From Acidimicrobiia bacterium (lineage in GTDB: Bacteria > Actinomycetota > Acidimicrobiia > Spongiisociales > UBA5794): a DNA stretch of 64,000 nt. Below are positions 34,431 to 44,142 of the stretch, piece after piece. The first letter of the stretch is position 1, and every line of letters starts with the position of its first letter. The notes beneath the pieces were generated by a model. It was given only the letters and a program-made list of their open reading frames with translations, was not told the DNA's origin and did no database searches. Where the stretch lies: the NCBI GenBank assembly GCA_030065575.1, contig JASJDZ010000001.1:209884-273883 (forward strand), in the 5' to 3' direction. The position numbers were made by a program, and so were the translations under genes.

Positions 34431-37367
34431 ATGGAGGTTCGGATCCTCGGTCGCGTCGAGGTGACTAACGATGGTGCCACGATCCAAATCGAGGGACCCA
34501 AGGAACGAGCGATCCTCTCCGCACTCGCACTCGAAGCCGGCACCCCCGTTACCTCAGGTCGGCTATGCGATGTGTTGTGGGGGGACGAGCCGCCGGAAAC
34601 TGCGACAAAGACCCTGCAGTGGCACGTTTCGCGGCTGCGGCGCTCGATCGGAACCGACATCGTCGTGACCGAACCCGGCGGGTACTCCCTCGGCGTATCA
34701 CCAGAAGATGTGGATGCCATCCGCTTTGAACGGCTACTGGTCCATGCACGCGATCTGCTCCTCCGCGATGACCCAGCTGCCGCTGCCCAGGATCTCGAAA
34801 CCGCTCTCGAACTGTGGTCGGGTGCCCCTCTTACCGATGGAGCCGCCAGCGGCTATCGCACCGGACAGGACCGCCGCTTCGCTGAGCTACACACCCTTGC
34901 CCACGAACGCTTGGTCGAGGCCGAACTCGGGCTCGGGCACCACGAATCGATGATCCCACGTCTCCACGCCATGATCGCCGTGGAGCCCTATCGCGACCGG
35001 CCCCGGGAACTCCTGATGCTCGCCTTGTATCGAGCGGGGCGCCAGGCGGACGCACTGCGATCGTATGCCGACTACCGCAAGCTGCTCGTAGAGGAACTCG
35101 GCATCGATCCCTCAGAGGGAGTCCGCGAACTCGAGGAGCGAATCCTGCGCCAGGATCCCCAACTCGACCATCGGCCACCTCCTCCGCCCTCCAATCTGCC
35201 GCGGGAGAGAGATCCCATTATCGGGCGCTCTGGCGATGTCGGCGCCGTTATCGATGCCATCGGCCCTCACACAATTGTCACACTCGTCGGAGCGGGCGGT
35301 ATGGGCAAGAGCCGTCTCGCCCTAGCGGTAGCTCATCAGACCCAGCCGACGTTCCGTGACGGGACATTTTGGATCGATCTAGCCGCGCTGCGCCCCCACG
35401 ACAACCTCGCCGAGCACATCGCGGCAACACTCGGCGCAACCCCGGCACCCGGACAGCCCGCTATCAGTGCACTCGCAGTGTTCTTAGCACGCCGCGACAT
35501 CCTGATCGTGCTCGACAACTGTGAGCATCTTCTGTCCGAAGCTGCGGAACTCGGTGCAATTCTTGTCGAGGCAGGATCCGGGGTTCGCGTTCTGGCAACC
35601 TCACGCGCAGCGTTGGGTCAGCCGTCGGAGCGTCGCATGGTCGTGGGCCCCCTCAGCACCGATCGAACGGAGGGCGCACCATCAGAGGCCGAGGAGCTCT
35701 TCCGGCTCCGGGCTAGCGAGCACTCATCGCTTGGCATGAGCGACGATGAGGGCACCGACATCGCAGAGCTTTGCAGGATGCTCGGCGGCATACCCCTGGC
35801 AATTGAGATCGCAGCAGCTCGCTCCGATGTCCACACAGCTCGCGAGATCATCGATGAGATCGAGGCGACCGGCCGACTCCCCAGCCGGACAGAGACTCCA
35901 GAGCATGTGCGGCAAGAGAACCTCGACTACGTTCTCGACTGGTCGTACTCCATGCTCGAACCTGAGGAACAGGTTGCGTACGACAAGCTCGCCGTCTTCC
36001 GCGGTGCGTTCGACCTCGACGCAGCAGCCGAAGTTCTCGACCGGGAAAGGTCCAGCGCAGGTCATCTTCTCGGAAGATTCCTGGCCGCATCCATGGTCGT
36101 TCCAGCCGACCCAGGAAGTGGCGTGCGGAGATTCCGACTCCTCGAGCCTCTCCGTCTCTACGCCCGATCACACCTGGACGACGAGGCATACGTCGCGACC
36201 TCGACTCGGCATGCGGATTACTACCGGAACTTCTGCTCAGAGTCGTCTGTGTACGTGAAAGAAGACGTCACTGGATGGCGGGGACGGATTCTTCTCGATG
36301 ACCGGAACATCACCGCTGCAATCGAATGGTCGCTCACTAATGGAGGACCCGGTTTTGCTCTACCGTTTGCCGACAACATCGGCGACGCCTGGTATCGATC
36401 CGGCCAGTACCAGCGATGCTTCCGGGTGCTGTCTGAGATGCTCGAACACGCTGGCGATGCCCCACCAGCCCTTCGCGCCAGTGCGCGCAACGCAATCGTG
36501 TGGCCTGCCCTGCTTTCCGGTGAGAGTCAGACTGCCTTTGCGCACGTCTCCAAGGCGATCGAGGAAGCCGAGGAAGCAGGCGATGCCGTGCAGCTTGCCT
36601 GGGCCCGGTGGTCCCTGGCACACATGCTGGTTCTAGGTGTCGGAGACTTCGCGTCGGCCTTCCCTCTCTACGACGCCGCCATCGAGGCGGCGGGTAGCGA
36701 CCTCGAGCAGTTTGGCTCTCTCACCGGCCTTGGCGTAGCGGCGCGAGCCCAAGCTCGGGCCATGGCGGATATCGAGGCGCCCGACGACGTGGAGTCACTC
36801 GATCGGGCCGAGAGGCTGCTCACCCAGATCAACGACATGTCGGGGCTCGCTCACGTCTGGATGGCGCGCTCCATAAGGGCAATCAGAGAGGGCGACGTCC
36901 GTCGAATTCGGTTCACCTCGGAACGGACGATCCACTTCGGACGCCTGGTTAGCGAACCGGTGTACGAGCACATCGGCCTTTTCGGGCGAGCCGTGGGCGA
37001 GCTGCTAGGCGCCAACCTGCCCAGCGCCCTCGACACCACTTACCAGTCGGTGCGCATCTGCGAGGCAACGCAGAATCTCCTCCAGCTCGGCGTCTCTCTC
37101 CAGGCGCTTGCGGTAGTTGCCGTCGAAGTCGGCCAGATGCGAGAGGGAGCAACGCTCTACGAAGCTGGGACATCACTTGCTGCCCCGTGGCCAATGTTCG
37201 AGCGGATCTTTGCTCCGTACTTCGAGAAGTGTGCAGATGAACTGGGCGACGATTTCGATGTCGCACGCAAGCGAGGTGCAGAGCTGACCGTCGACGAGGC
37301 TATGGCGCTAGCCGCATCGATACGGATCCGGCCGGAGGAAGGCTCGGTGCAGGACTCATCGACCTGA
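34431..37367 (+). CDS. AfsR/SARP-family regulator (wHTH-BTAD + NB-ARC ATPase + TPR-like C-terminus)
   Basis: Internal ATG 'MEVRILGRVEV...'. BTAD 'DAIRFERL...MLALYRAGRQADAL'. Walker A 'GAGGMGKS' and 'ILIVLDNCEHL'. Confidence 0.85.
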   Translation: MEVRILGRVEVTNDGATIQIEGPKERAILSALALEAGTPVTSGRLCDVLWGDEPPETATKTLQWHVSRLRRSIGTDIVVTEPGGYSLGVSPEDVDAIRFERLLVHARDLLLRDDPAAAAQDLETALELWSGAPLTDGAASGYRTGQDRRFAELHTLAHERLVEAELGLGHHESMIPRLHAMIAVEPYRDRPRELLMLALYRAGRQADALRSYADYRKLLVEELGIDPSEGVRELEERILRQDPQLDHRPPPPPSNLPRERDPIIGRSGDVGAVIDAIGPHTIVTLVGAGGMGKSRLALAVAHQTQPTFRDGTFWIDLAALRPHDNLAEHIAATLGATPAPGQPAISALAVFLARRDILIVLDNCEHLLSEAAELGAILVEAGSGVRVLATSRAALGQPSERRMVVGPLSTDRTEGAPSEAEELFRLRASEHSSLGMSDDEGTDIAELCRMLGGIPLAIEIAAARSDVHTAREIIDEIEATGRLPSRTETPEHVRQENLDYVLDWSYSMLEPEEQVAYDKLAVFRGAFDLDAAAEVLDRERSSAGHLLGRFLAASMVVPADPGSGVRRFRLLEPLRLYARSHLDDEAYVATSTRHADYYRNFCSESSVYVKEDVTGWRGRILLDDRNITAAIEWSLTNGGPGFALPFADNIGDAWYRSGQYQRCFRVLSEMLEHAGDAPPALRASARNAIVWPALLSGESQTAFAHVSKAIEEAEEAGDAVQLAWARWSLAHMLVLGVGDFASAFPLYDAAIEAAGSDLEQFGSLTGLGVAARAQARAMADIEAPDDVESLDRAERLLTQINDMSGLAHVWMARSIRAIREGDVRRIRFTSERTIHFGRLVSEPVYEHIGLFGRAVGELLGANLPSALDTTYQSVRICEATQNLLQLGVSLQALAVVAVEVGQMREGATLYEAGTSLAAPWPMFERIFAPYFEKCADELGDDFDVARKRGAELTVDEAMALAASIRIRPEEGSVQDSST

Positions 37368-37436
37368 CGACTGCGTCAGGTCGAGCTTCAATCTCATCAC
37401 CAAGACCCCGCGGATGCTCACGATAGAATCGCTCCG

Positions 37437-37823
37437 ATGCAGACGTTCTCGACCGCCATCACCGAATACACCATCCGCAACGACGGAATCGTTGTTGGGC
37501 GTGACATCAACCCTGAAACACCGCGCACCACGGCCAATATCGCCGAATCCTTCGATCGTCTCTCAGCAGTAACTCAGGGCAAGCGGTTCCCAGGGCTTTG
37601 GGATGCGAGATTGGTACCGGAGTTCCCCTTCAGCGTCTGGCAGGTGTTCGTTGATCGGATCGACAAGGTCGTCAGTGCGCTGGCGATCCTGGTTGACAGC
37701 GAGGCCGATCGAGCCTTTGGCGCCTTTCCTAAGGCGATTGATTCAATGCTCATCCCGGTTCGTGTGTTCCAAGACGAGGACGAAGCGATCGCTTGGCTGG
37801 GGCAGTTCGTTGACAAGGCCTAG
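37437..37823 (+). CDS. hypothetical protein (possible STAS/SpoIIAA-like fold)
   Basis: 128-aa ORF, 69 nt after the SARP gene. The fold guess is weak. Confidence 0.45.
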   Translation: MQTFSTAITEYTIRNDGIVVGRDINPETPRTTANIAESFDRLSAVTQGKRFPGLWDARLVPEFPFSVWQVFVDRIDKVVSALAILVDSEADRAFGAFPKAIDSMLIPVRVFQDEDEAIAWLGQFVDKA

Positions 37824-39034
37824 CGGTCGAGCGACTTGCGCCACGCCGAGAAGGACGAAACCGAACCTGCCCGTGGGCGGCGCAACCAGGGCCAGGGGTG
37901 CAACTCCACCGGGTTGACCGTCGCAGCCTTGCGGCGCCACCCTGGAACGGGGGTGAAGGTGGCGGCTATCGCCCTGCCGGCCAGTACCTCTTCCGGCTGT
38001 CCGAGGTGTACCTCGAGCGATCGACGACCGGCTAGTTCTGCCAACGTCTCTGTGAGGAAGACGAGCCGTTTCCCATCGAGCTGGAGCCGCGCCAGTAGGG
38101 CTGCGTCAAACACGAATACGGCCGGTAGGTCGGGATGAGAGGCCAGCGCAGGATCACGATCACCGAGCGATTCCGCAGTGATCCAGACTGCTTCCGGCGT
38201 GCCGGTCGTCTCGATGCTCTGCGGGCCTGCGGTGCCCGGCGCGTCGGGGTCGGACTTCAAGAGTGGATGCGCCTCAATTCGTTCTAGGTCGGGATCATCC
38301 GGCCAGTCGGCGATCGGGCAGTCCCGCTCGTGATGACAGGAGCGACAGAGCCCCGGGGCACGTCGCTCTACCTGCTGCCGGGAGAACCCGTAGGGGCGCC
38401 CGGTGCCGGTCCCGACGGTCCATTGCCAGCCCAGCCGATTGGCAGCACGAGATCCATCGAGCAGGTGCCTGAAGAATCGATCCTCGCCACTGCGCCAGTC
38501 TGCGCCCTCCCTCACCGCCCAATGTGAGGCCAGCCACATCCTGGCCTGATTGACGACCCAACCGTCGTCTTCCAGTTGGCGTACCGCCAGGTCGACGCAG
38601 CTCATTGTGCGCGGCCACCCGTCCCGTTCCGAGTCCCCCCGCAGTGAGGCGCGCAGCCCATGGCGTGTGGACGTTCCCAGCCGGGCATAGAGATGACGGG
38701 CGTACTCTTGCCACATCAGTTCGTCGCGGAACTTGGAGACGTCCCGACTCGGACCGCCTCCAACGGCTGTCCAGGCTTCGGGAAGAGTTATCAGGTTGTG
38801 GCGAATGTACGGGGACAGTCGGGAGGCTCCCTGCCGATCCTCGGGCCAGACCTCGTTGCGCTGAGCGGCGTAGCCGGAAACATCGAACGACGCCAGGGCG
38901 TCGTCTGCTGCCCGCTGCCCGCCAACGAAGGCGGGTGATCCGACTGCGCTCCCCGAGTACAGGCCGCCGAGGTGAGTCTCCACCCATCTGCTCCCCGACC
39001 TTCGGTCAAATTCCGGGGTGGGGAGCGGGGTCAT
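37820..39034 (-). CDS. cryptochrome/photolyase-family FAD-binding protein with apparently permuted domain order
   Basis: The N-terminal two-thirds has FAD-domain blocks ('ASRLSPYIRHNLI', 'FRDELMWQEYARHLY', 'NQARMWLASHW', 'ANRLGWQWTVG'). The C-terminal ~110 aa resembles the photolyase alpha/beta domain ('VWITAESLGDRDPAL...AVFVFD...KRLVFLTETLAEL'). Confidence 0.7.
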   Translation of the reverse strand: MTPLPTPEFDRRSGSRWVETHLGGLYSGSAVGSPAFVGGQRAADDALASFDVSGYAAQRNEVWPEDRQGASRLSPYIRHNLITLPEAWTAVGGGPSRDVSKFRDELMWQEYARHLYARLGTSTRHGLRASLRGDSERDGWPRTMSCVDLAVRQLEDDGWVVNQARMWLASHWAVREGADWRSGEDRFFRHLLDGSRAANRLGWQWTVGTGTGRPYGFSRQQVERRAPGLCRSCHHERDCPIADWPDDPDLERIEAHPLLKSDPDAPGTAGPQSIETTGTPEAVWITAESLGDRDPALASHPDLPAVFVFDAALLARLQLDGKRLVFLTETLAELAGRRSLEVHLGQPEEVLAGRAIAATFTPVPGWRRKAATVNPVELHPWPWLRRPRAGSVSSFSAWRKSLDR

Positions 39035-39150
39035 GAGGTCACCGCAGTAAGCCGATCAAAGCTGCTCTCGGTTGGGCGCACTGTTTCACTCCGCTCACGG
39101 GTCCGAGGCGTGCCCTGGCACCGTACATAGGTTGCCACACGGAATCGAAC

Positions 39151-39528
39151 ATGACCCCAGCCAATCGACCAAACAAGACCTGCGTCACCTGCGGCCGCCA
39201 GTTCCAGTGGCGCCGCTCCTGGGCGCGCAACTGGGACGAGGTCAAGTACTGCTCCCAGGGCTGTCGCCGCAGCAAGCCGGGGCCTCGCGAGCGAGAGCTC
39301 GAGCTTGCAATCCTCGAAGTGCTGGCAGGGAGAGCGAGGAAAGCATCGATCTGCCCATCGGAGGTTGCCCGCTCGGTTCAGCCCGATGACTGGCGGCCCC
39401 TGATGGAGCCGGTCCGGCAGGCCGCTCGGCGCCTGGTTGCGGCTGATGCGGTTGAGATCACCCAGGGAGGACGACCGGTCGATCCGTCGACAGCACGCGG
39501 GCCAATCCGCATCCGCCTTCGCCGGTAA
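39151..39528 (+). CDS. DUF2256 zinc-ribbon + DUF3253 fusion protein
   Basis: 'KTCVTCGRQFQWRRSWARNWDEVKYCSQGCRR' (DUF2256), then 'ICPSEVARSV...WRPLMEPVRQAARRL...GPIRIRL' (DUF3253). Confidence 0.75.
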   Translation: MTPANRPNKTCVTCGRQFQWRRSWARNWDEVKYCSQGCRRSKPGPRERELELAILEVLAGRARKASICPSEVARSVQPDDWRPLMEPVRQAARRLVAADAVEITQGGRPVDPSTARGPIRIRLRR

Positions 39529-39671
39529 GCCGGTGCTCCGTCGACTCCGTATCAACCGATCGGTTGATACGACGGCTCCACCGATTGTCGTCCGGGTTTG
39601 ACCTGATCGACCGATGCCAACCACATCGACATCATTCACACTGGCACCACAGTTCAACCAAAGGAACCAAC

Positions 39672-39950
39672 ATGACAACCGCCACCAACGCAGCAACCAA
39701 CGATCACCCCGCAACAGACGTCGACCGGTACGAGCATCAGCGCCGTGCCTTCCGCCTCCACTTCAACGTGTTCATCGGTTCGATGATCATCATCTTCCTC
39801 GTGAATCTCGCTACCAACGCCGCTGCCGGCATCACCGGTGAATGGTGGGCATGGTGGTCCGCACTCGCGCTGGTTGGATGGGCTCTCGGTCTGACCGTCC
39901 ACGGACTCGTCCTCCGGATGGCTCGCCCCCAGAGCGTGGAACTGGCGTAG
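39672..39950 (+). CDS. 2TM-domain membrane protein
   Basis: Internal ATG with RBS AAAGGAA. The 'RRAFRLHFNVFIGSMIIIFLVNL...WWAWWSALALVGWALGLTVHG' pattern matches the 2TM family. Confidence 0.65.
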   Translation: MTTATNAATNDHPATDVDRYEHQRRAFRLHFNVFIGSMIIIFLVNLATNAAAGITGEWWAWWSALALVGWALGLTVHGLVLRMARPQSVELA

Positions 39951-39967
39951 CGCGGACGACGGGGGTC

Positions 39968-41728
39968 CTATCCGTCCAGCGGCAAGCCCCAGCCGGAGCC
40001 AGCGGTACGCGTGTTGTGCGCGAAGTGACGATGGATCTTCCCGTCGCGATGGTTGTAGACCCACATGCCGACCTGCTCCAGACCGATGCTGGGAGCGTTC
40101 TCGACAATGGGATGGGCAGACCAGTCGCCACTGGCCACGACATCGTCACCGCACTGGATCTCCAACTCCGGTGGGTAGAGAGGAACCAATGCCTCCACCT
40201 CGGCTGCGCCCGACCAGTAGAGGCCCTCGGGGAGGTTGATCACAGCCGGCTCGTCGGTCATCGCCGCCATCATCTCGCTTGCGCTTCGAACCTTGCCTGA
40301 GCCTTCGAGTATCGAGCAGAAGTCGCGTGCCTCGGCCGCAACGGCTGCATCGCCGATGGGTCCGAACTCCTCACCATCCGCGACGTCCGTACCGTAAGCG
40401 AGGTGCCACTGGATGCCACCGCCATGGATCCGCAACACCCAGATTCCCTGGTTTGATGATCCACCTTCCGCGCCGACGGCTGTGTACGGAATCGCTACCC
40501 AGTCCCCCGATACAGTCAACGCTTCACCGCATTCGACTTGCGATTGCTTGGTCGAACCAAGCGATGCAAGCACCGCCGCCGAGCCGGAGATCAGGTCATC
40601 GCTGAGGCCTCTCTTGAAGGAAATCCCCTCGGGAATGGACAACCCATCGGGCGGTACCTCGGCATAGGTGGCGTCATCAGCGAGGAGGGTTGCGACGTCC
40701 GGCCAAGCGTCGCAGTACCGGCGAGCCTGCTCTGCGTAGTGGTCGGGACTCGCGAAGCCCGGCTCCATGATCGTGTCGAGCATCGCCTCAACGGCAGCCA
40801 CGCCGCCGGGATTGTTGGGTACGTCTAACCACTCGCTGGCCTCCCACCACTCGCCATCGCCTTCCCACCTTGTGAACATGACGTCGAAGTGGTCGGCCCC
40901 GTCGAGCACCGTTAGCTCGACATTCTCGAACCCGTCGTCAACGAGGGCTCCCATTGCGTCTTGAGGCTGCCAGGGCGCACACACCTCGTCATCGCTACCG
41001 ACAACGAGTTGAACTTCGGCATCGAAGTGGGTCCAGCCCCAGGCGGCCGGATCAAACGGGAATCTGGTTCCATCGATCAGGGACTCGAAATAGCAGCTAC
41101 TGAGCGTAACCAAGCGATCCGGCCGCGGAACCTGCTCTGCTGCAGGACACCTATCGAACGACCCCTCTGGGCCAAACTCGAACTCGTTCAGAACCAGACC
41201 AAGGCCCACAATGCCTCCGAGCGAGTGCCCGACCACAGTGACCGGTCGGGTGAGGTCTCCGTTGAAGTCGCCCGCCAGGGTCCGCATGTGCCGGTGCGCG
41301 CACTCGGCGTCGCGGTACGGGTTTCTGACGTCGGTATCAATGTCCCGAGCGCGGTAATCCGGGGCGAAGACCACGACTCCCTCGCCGGCCAGCCTCTCAG
41401 CGATCAATCTGTAGTGAGCCGCCTTCTCCGACCATCCGGGAAGCAGCAGAACGACTGGGAACTCGTCCTCGGCGTCGGGCGCCCACACCGTGATGTTCTC
41501 GATGTCGGGACCGGAGAGCCCTTCTGTCATGATCACCGGATACTCACCCGTCACGACCGGAGCGGGCGGTGGTTCGGGGTCGGTGGGCGCGGGCGCCGTC
41601 GTCGTAGTGACCGAGGTTTCTGCTCCCGTCTCCGACGTTGAGGTTGTCTCCTCCGCAGTCCCACTGCAGGCCGTCGCGACCATCAACAAGACCAGTCCGA
41701 TTGCTGCCTTCGATTTCCACGTCCGCAT
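39968..41728 (-). CDS. lipoprotein: alpha/beta hydrolase + C-terminal tandem SnoaL/NTF2-like domains
   Basis: Internal ATG with SD GGGAGG. Lipobox 'LLMVATAC'. 'VVLLLPGWSEKAAHY' and nucleophile 'GHSLGG'. Confidence 0.75.
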   Translation of the reverse strand: MRTWKSKAAIGLVLLMVATACSGTAEETTSTSETGAETSVTTTTAPAPTDPEPPPAPVVTGEYPVIMTEGLSGPDIENITVWAPDAEDEFPVVLLLPGWSEKAAHYRLIAERLAGEGVVVFAPDYRARDIDTDVRNPYRDAECAHRHMRTLAGDFNGDLTRPVTVVGHSLGGIVGLGLVLNEFEFGPEGSFDRCPAAEQVPRPDRLVTLSSCYFESLIDGTRFPFDPAAWGWTHFDAEVQLVVGSDDEVCAPWQPQDAMGALVDDGFENVELTVLDGADHFDVMFTRWEGDGEWWEASEWLDVPNNPGGVAAVEAMLDTIMEPGFASPDHYAEQARRYCDAWPDVATLLADDATYAEVPPDGLSIPEGISFKRGLSDDLISGSAAVLASLGSTKQSQVECGEALTVSGDWVAIPYTAVGAEGGSSNQGIWVLRIHGGGIQWHLAYGTDVADGEEFGPIGDAAVAAEARDFCSILEGSGKVRSASEMMAAMTDEPAVINLPEGLYWSGAAEVEALVPLYPPELEIQCGDDVVASGDWSAHPIVENAPSIGLEQVGMWVYNHRDGKIHRHFAHNTRTAGSGWGLPLDG

Positions 41729-41739
41729 TCGACACCTCC

Positions 41740-43041
41740 CTAATCCACGATTTCGCCGACCCAAATCACGTTGCCGTCGGCAATGACGAGTCGGTTCTCG
41801 TCGGCGGCGATTGCGATGACCGTCTTGCGGTCGGCCAATACCGTTGTCGACTCTCGTCCGTCGAGTGTCAGTTCCACGCCATCGGTCTGCGAGAACGGCC
41901 CGACACCGCCGAGCGCGTAGGCCCAGCCGAAGGGGGTCGCTACGAGGGGATGGCCTATCTCGAGGTCGATGGTTTGCCAACTGAGTCCGTCGTCTTCGCT
42001 CAGCCAGGCAGATCCCCAATGTGAGGTAGCGATGATTGCATCGGCGAAGCCGACGAAGCCGATTCCTTCCCCTCGATGCGGGCCTTCGAGCGGTGCCCAC
42101 TCGATGCCGTCGCGAGATCTGAACCGGATGACTCGCGCCGTCTCCGGCCCCTCCACGGGGAACCTGCGCATGTGCAGCTCAGCGAGGAATCCATCTGCGA
42201 GAGCATCAATTGAGTTAACGACGACGGTGCTGAACGGCTCGCGTAGGCCGGGCTGTGGCGTGGGAGGCAAGGCCGTCATGTCTGTCGGGATGTCGATCTC
42301 GGAGTTGGTATCGATCGGCACTAGCTCGAATGCATCACCCTCGAGCCTCCACAACAGGTGCTCCCCTGTTCGTCCCTCCCCGTAAATGACTATGCCTGTC
42401 TGGCTCGATGCGACGTGAACGATGTCGAATGCGACGCCCGGATCGTCCATCGGTAACTGCTCCCAAGTGGCACCGAAGGAGTCGAGGCGCTCGAACCATT
42501 CCCTATTGCCGCCTGCGTACAGCGCCCCGCCGTGTACAGCAATGTGGTTTGCCGCCGCCGGTTGGTCCTCGAGGGGCGCCCATTCGAGTCCATCCTGCGA
42601 GGCCAGTATTCCCGGAGCCACGAAGTCGTAGACGGCGACGAAGCCGCCATCGAACGCCTCGAGGTGCATGAACCAAGAGCTGAGCGGCTCGGATGCTTGC
42701 CAGCTGAAGGTTGGAACCGAGGTTATGGGTTCAATGGCGGTCGCCGTTGTAGTCGGAACGGGAGAAGCAACCTCCTCGCTTTGACCTCTCCCGACGAGGG
42801 CCATGACGCCAACCGCCAGTAATGCCAGAACTGTCGTCGCTGTGGCGATGGCTGTCCCTCGCCATATCGGCAGCCCGGCGAGCTGACGCGTGTGGGTCTT
42901 GGGGCTGGTCGTAGCCAGCTCATCCAGACTGCGCACACCAAGCACCTCGGCTGCCGTCAGCCTTGGATCAGGGAGATCCTCGAGATCCTCAACAGGGTCA
43001 ACCCGGCGGACCAGCTCGATGACTTGGCGCTCGTCTAGCAC
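41740..43041 (-). CDS. putative anti-sigma factor: N-terminal cytoplasmic segment, TM, BNR/Asp-box beta-propeller-like ectodomain
   Basis: Overlaps the sigma gene stop. TM 'AIATATTVLALLAVGVMALV'. Repeated Asp-box-like 'SQDGLEW', 'SRDGIEW' and 'SEDDGLSW'. Confidence 0.65.
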   Translation of the reverse strand: MLDERQVIELVRRVDPVEDLEDLPDPRLTAAEVLGVRSLDELATTSPKTHTRQLAGLPIWRGTAIATATTVLALLAVGVMALVGRGQSEEVASPVPTTTATAIEPITSVPTFSWQASEPLSSWFMHLEAFDGGFVAVYDFVAPGILASQDGLEWAPLEDQPAAANHIAVHGGALYAGGNREWFERLDSFGATWEQLPMDDPGVAFDIVHVASSQTGIVIYGEGRTGEHLLWRLEGDAFELVPIDTNSEIDIPTDMTALPPTPQPGLREPFSTVVVNSIDALADGFLAELHMRRFPVEGPETARVIRFRSRDGIEWAPLEGPHRGEGIGFVGFADAIIATSHWGSAWLSEDDGLSWQTIDLEIGHPLVATPFGWAYALGGVGPFSQTDGVELTLDGRESTTVLADRKTVIAIAADENRLVIADGNVIWVGEIVD

Positions 43042-43595
43042 TCTGACTCCTTCGGGGCTGTGCTCAGAAGCCCTTCAGTCCATACATGGTTTGAACGGCC
43101 TAGTTCTTTCCCCAATCTGCGGATTGCGCGGTGGAGACGGACATCGACGTTCCCACGGGTTATTCCGAGCAGGTCGGCGATGGCCGCGTGGGGCAGTTCA
43201 TCCCAATACGCCAGGAGAATGAGCTCACGATCCTGTTCTCGGAGTCTGCCTAGAGCCTCGAGCACGAGCCGATCATCCTCACGACGTACGACGACGGTCT
43301 CGGGCTGGGCCGCGGGATCACTCTCACCACCCGTCAGCCAACGGCGCGCTATCCGACGCCGATTGGAGACAGTTCGATTGTGTGCGGCGAGTGTCTTGCG
43401 GGCTACGCCAAACAGCCAGTAGGCGGCTTGCTCGCCGTCCGGCACATCACTGAGTTTCCGCCACGCAACGACGAAGACTTCCTCAGCAAGATCCTGAGCG
43501 ATCGCGCTGCCGGCCGTTCGGCGAATCAGGTAGCCCAGTACTTCTCGGTAATGGGCCTGGTAGAGGTCAGTGAATCGTGCCTGGGCGGAATCCAC
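43035..43595 (-). CDS. ECF (group 4) sigma-70 factor
   Basis: Region 2 'DLAEEVFVVAWRKL'. Region 4 'ELILLAYWDELPHAAIADLLGITRGNVDVRLHRAIRRL'. Confidence 0.9.
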   Translation of the reverse strand: MDSAQARFTDLYQAHYREVLGYLIRRTAGSAIAQDLAEEVFVVAWRKLSDVPDGEQAAYWLFGVARKTLAAHNRTVSNRRRIARRWLTGGESDPAAQPETVVVRREDDRLVLEALGRLREQDRELILLAYWDELPHAAIADLLGITRGNVDVRLHRAIRRLGKELGRSNHVWTEGLLSTAPKESEC

Positions 43596-43719
43596 AGCGC
43601 ATTACTCCTCGCGCTTTCACCCTATCAATGACGCAACGAGCCGTGGCCTTACATATGCATCTGAGCACCGAACGAAGTTGGTGCTGATACATCCGGAAAC
43701 TCGACCGAGAAGTTCAGCC

Positions 43720-44142
43720 CTAGGCCATGGAACCAGCCTGCCCGATGACGAGTTCGAAGACGGGGATGACTCTCTCGGTGCCGGCCTGGTACTCGGCGAA
43801 GTTAGAGATCGCGGCCGCCTGTCTGGCGTATACAGCGTCGCGCTCGCTTCCACTGATTTCGACGGCCGTCGCCGGCATGGTCTCCGTGCCGATCTCGAGG
43901 GTCACGGTCGGGGTCGCCTTGAGGTTGTGGTACCAGGCTGGATGGGAGTCGCTTCCACCCTTGGAGGCAAAGATGAAGAGGCGATCGCCCTCTCTGCGGT
44001 AGACGAGAGGTGTGATGCGCTCGAGACCCGACTTCGCGCCTTTGTTGTGCAGGATCAACACGTCCTTGTCGGCGAACCAGCCCCCCACTTTGCCGGCGTT
44101 CGCACGGAACTCCTCGATCACCTTTGCGTTCCACTCTGACAC
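43720..44142 (-). CDS. deazaflavin(F420)-dependent nitroreductase family protein (DDN/PNPOx-like)
   Basis: 'EWNAKVIEEFRANAGKVGGWFADKDVLILHNKGAKSG...PAWYHNLKATP' is the family signature. GTG 44142 has an upstream AAGGGA. Confidence 0.8.
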   Translation of the reverse strand: MSEWNAKVIEEFRANAGKVGGWFADKDVLILHNKGAKSGLERITPLVYRREGDRLFIFASKGGSDSHPAWYHNLKATPTVTLEIGTETMPATAVEISGSERDAVYARQAAAISNFAEYQAGTERVIPVFELVIGQAGSMA

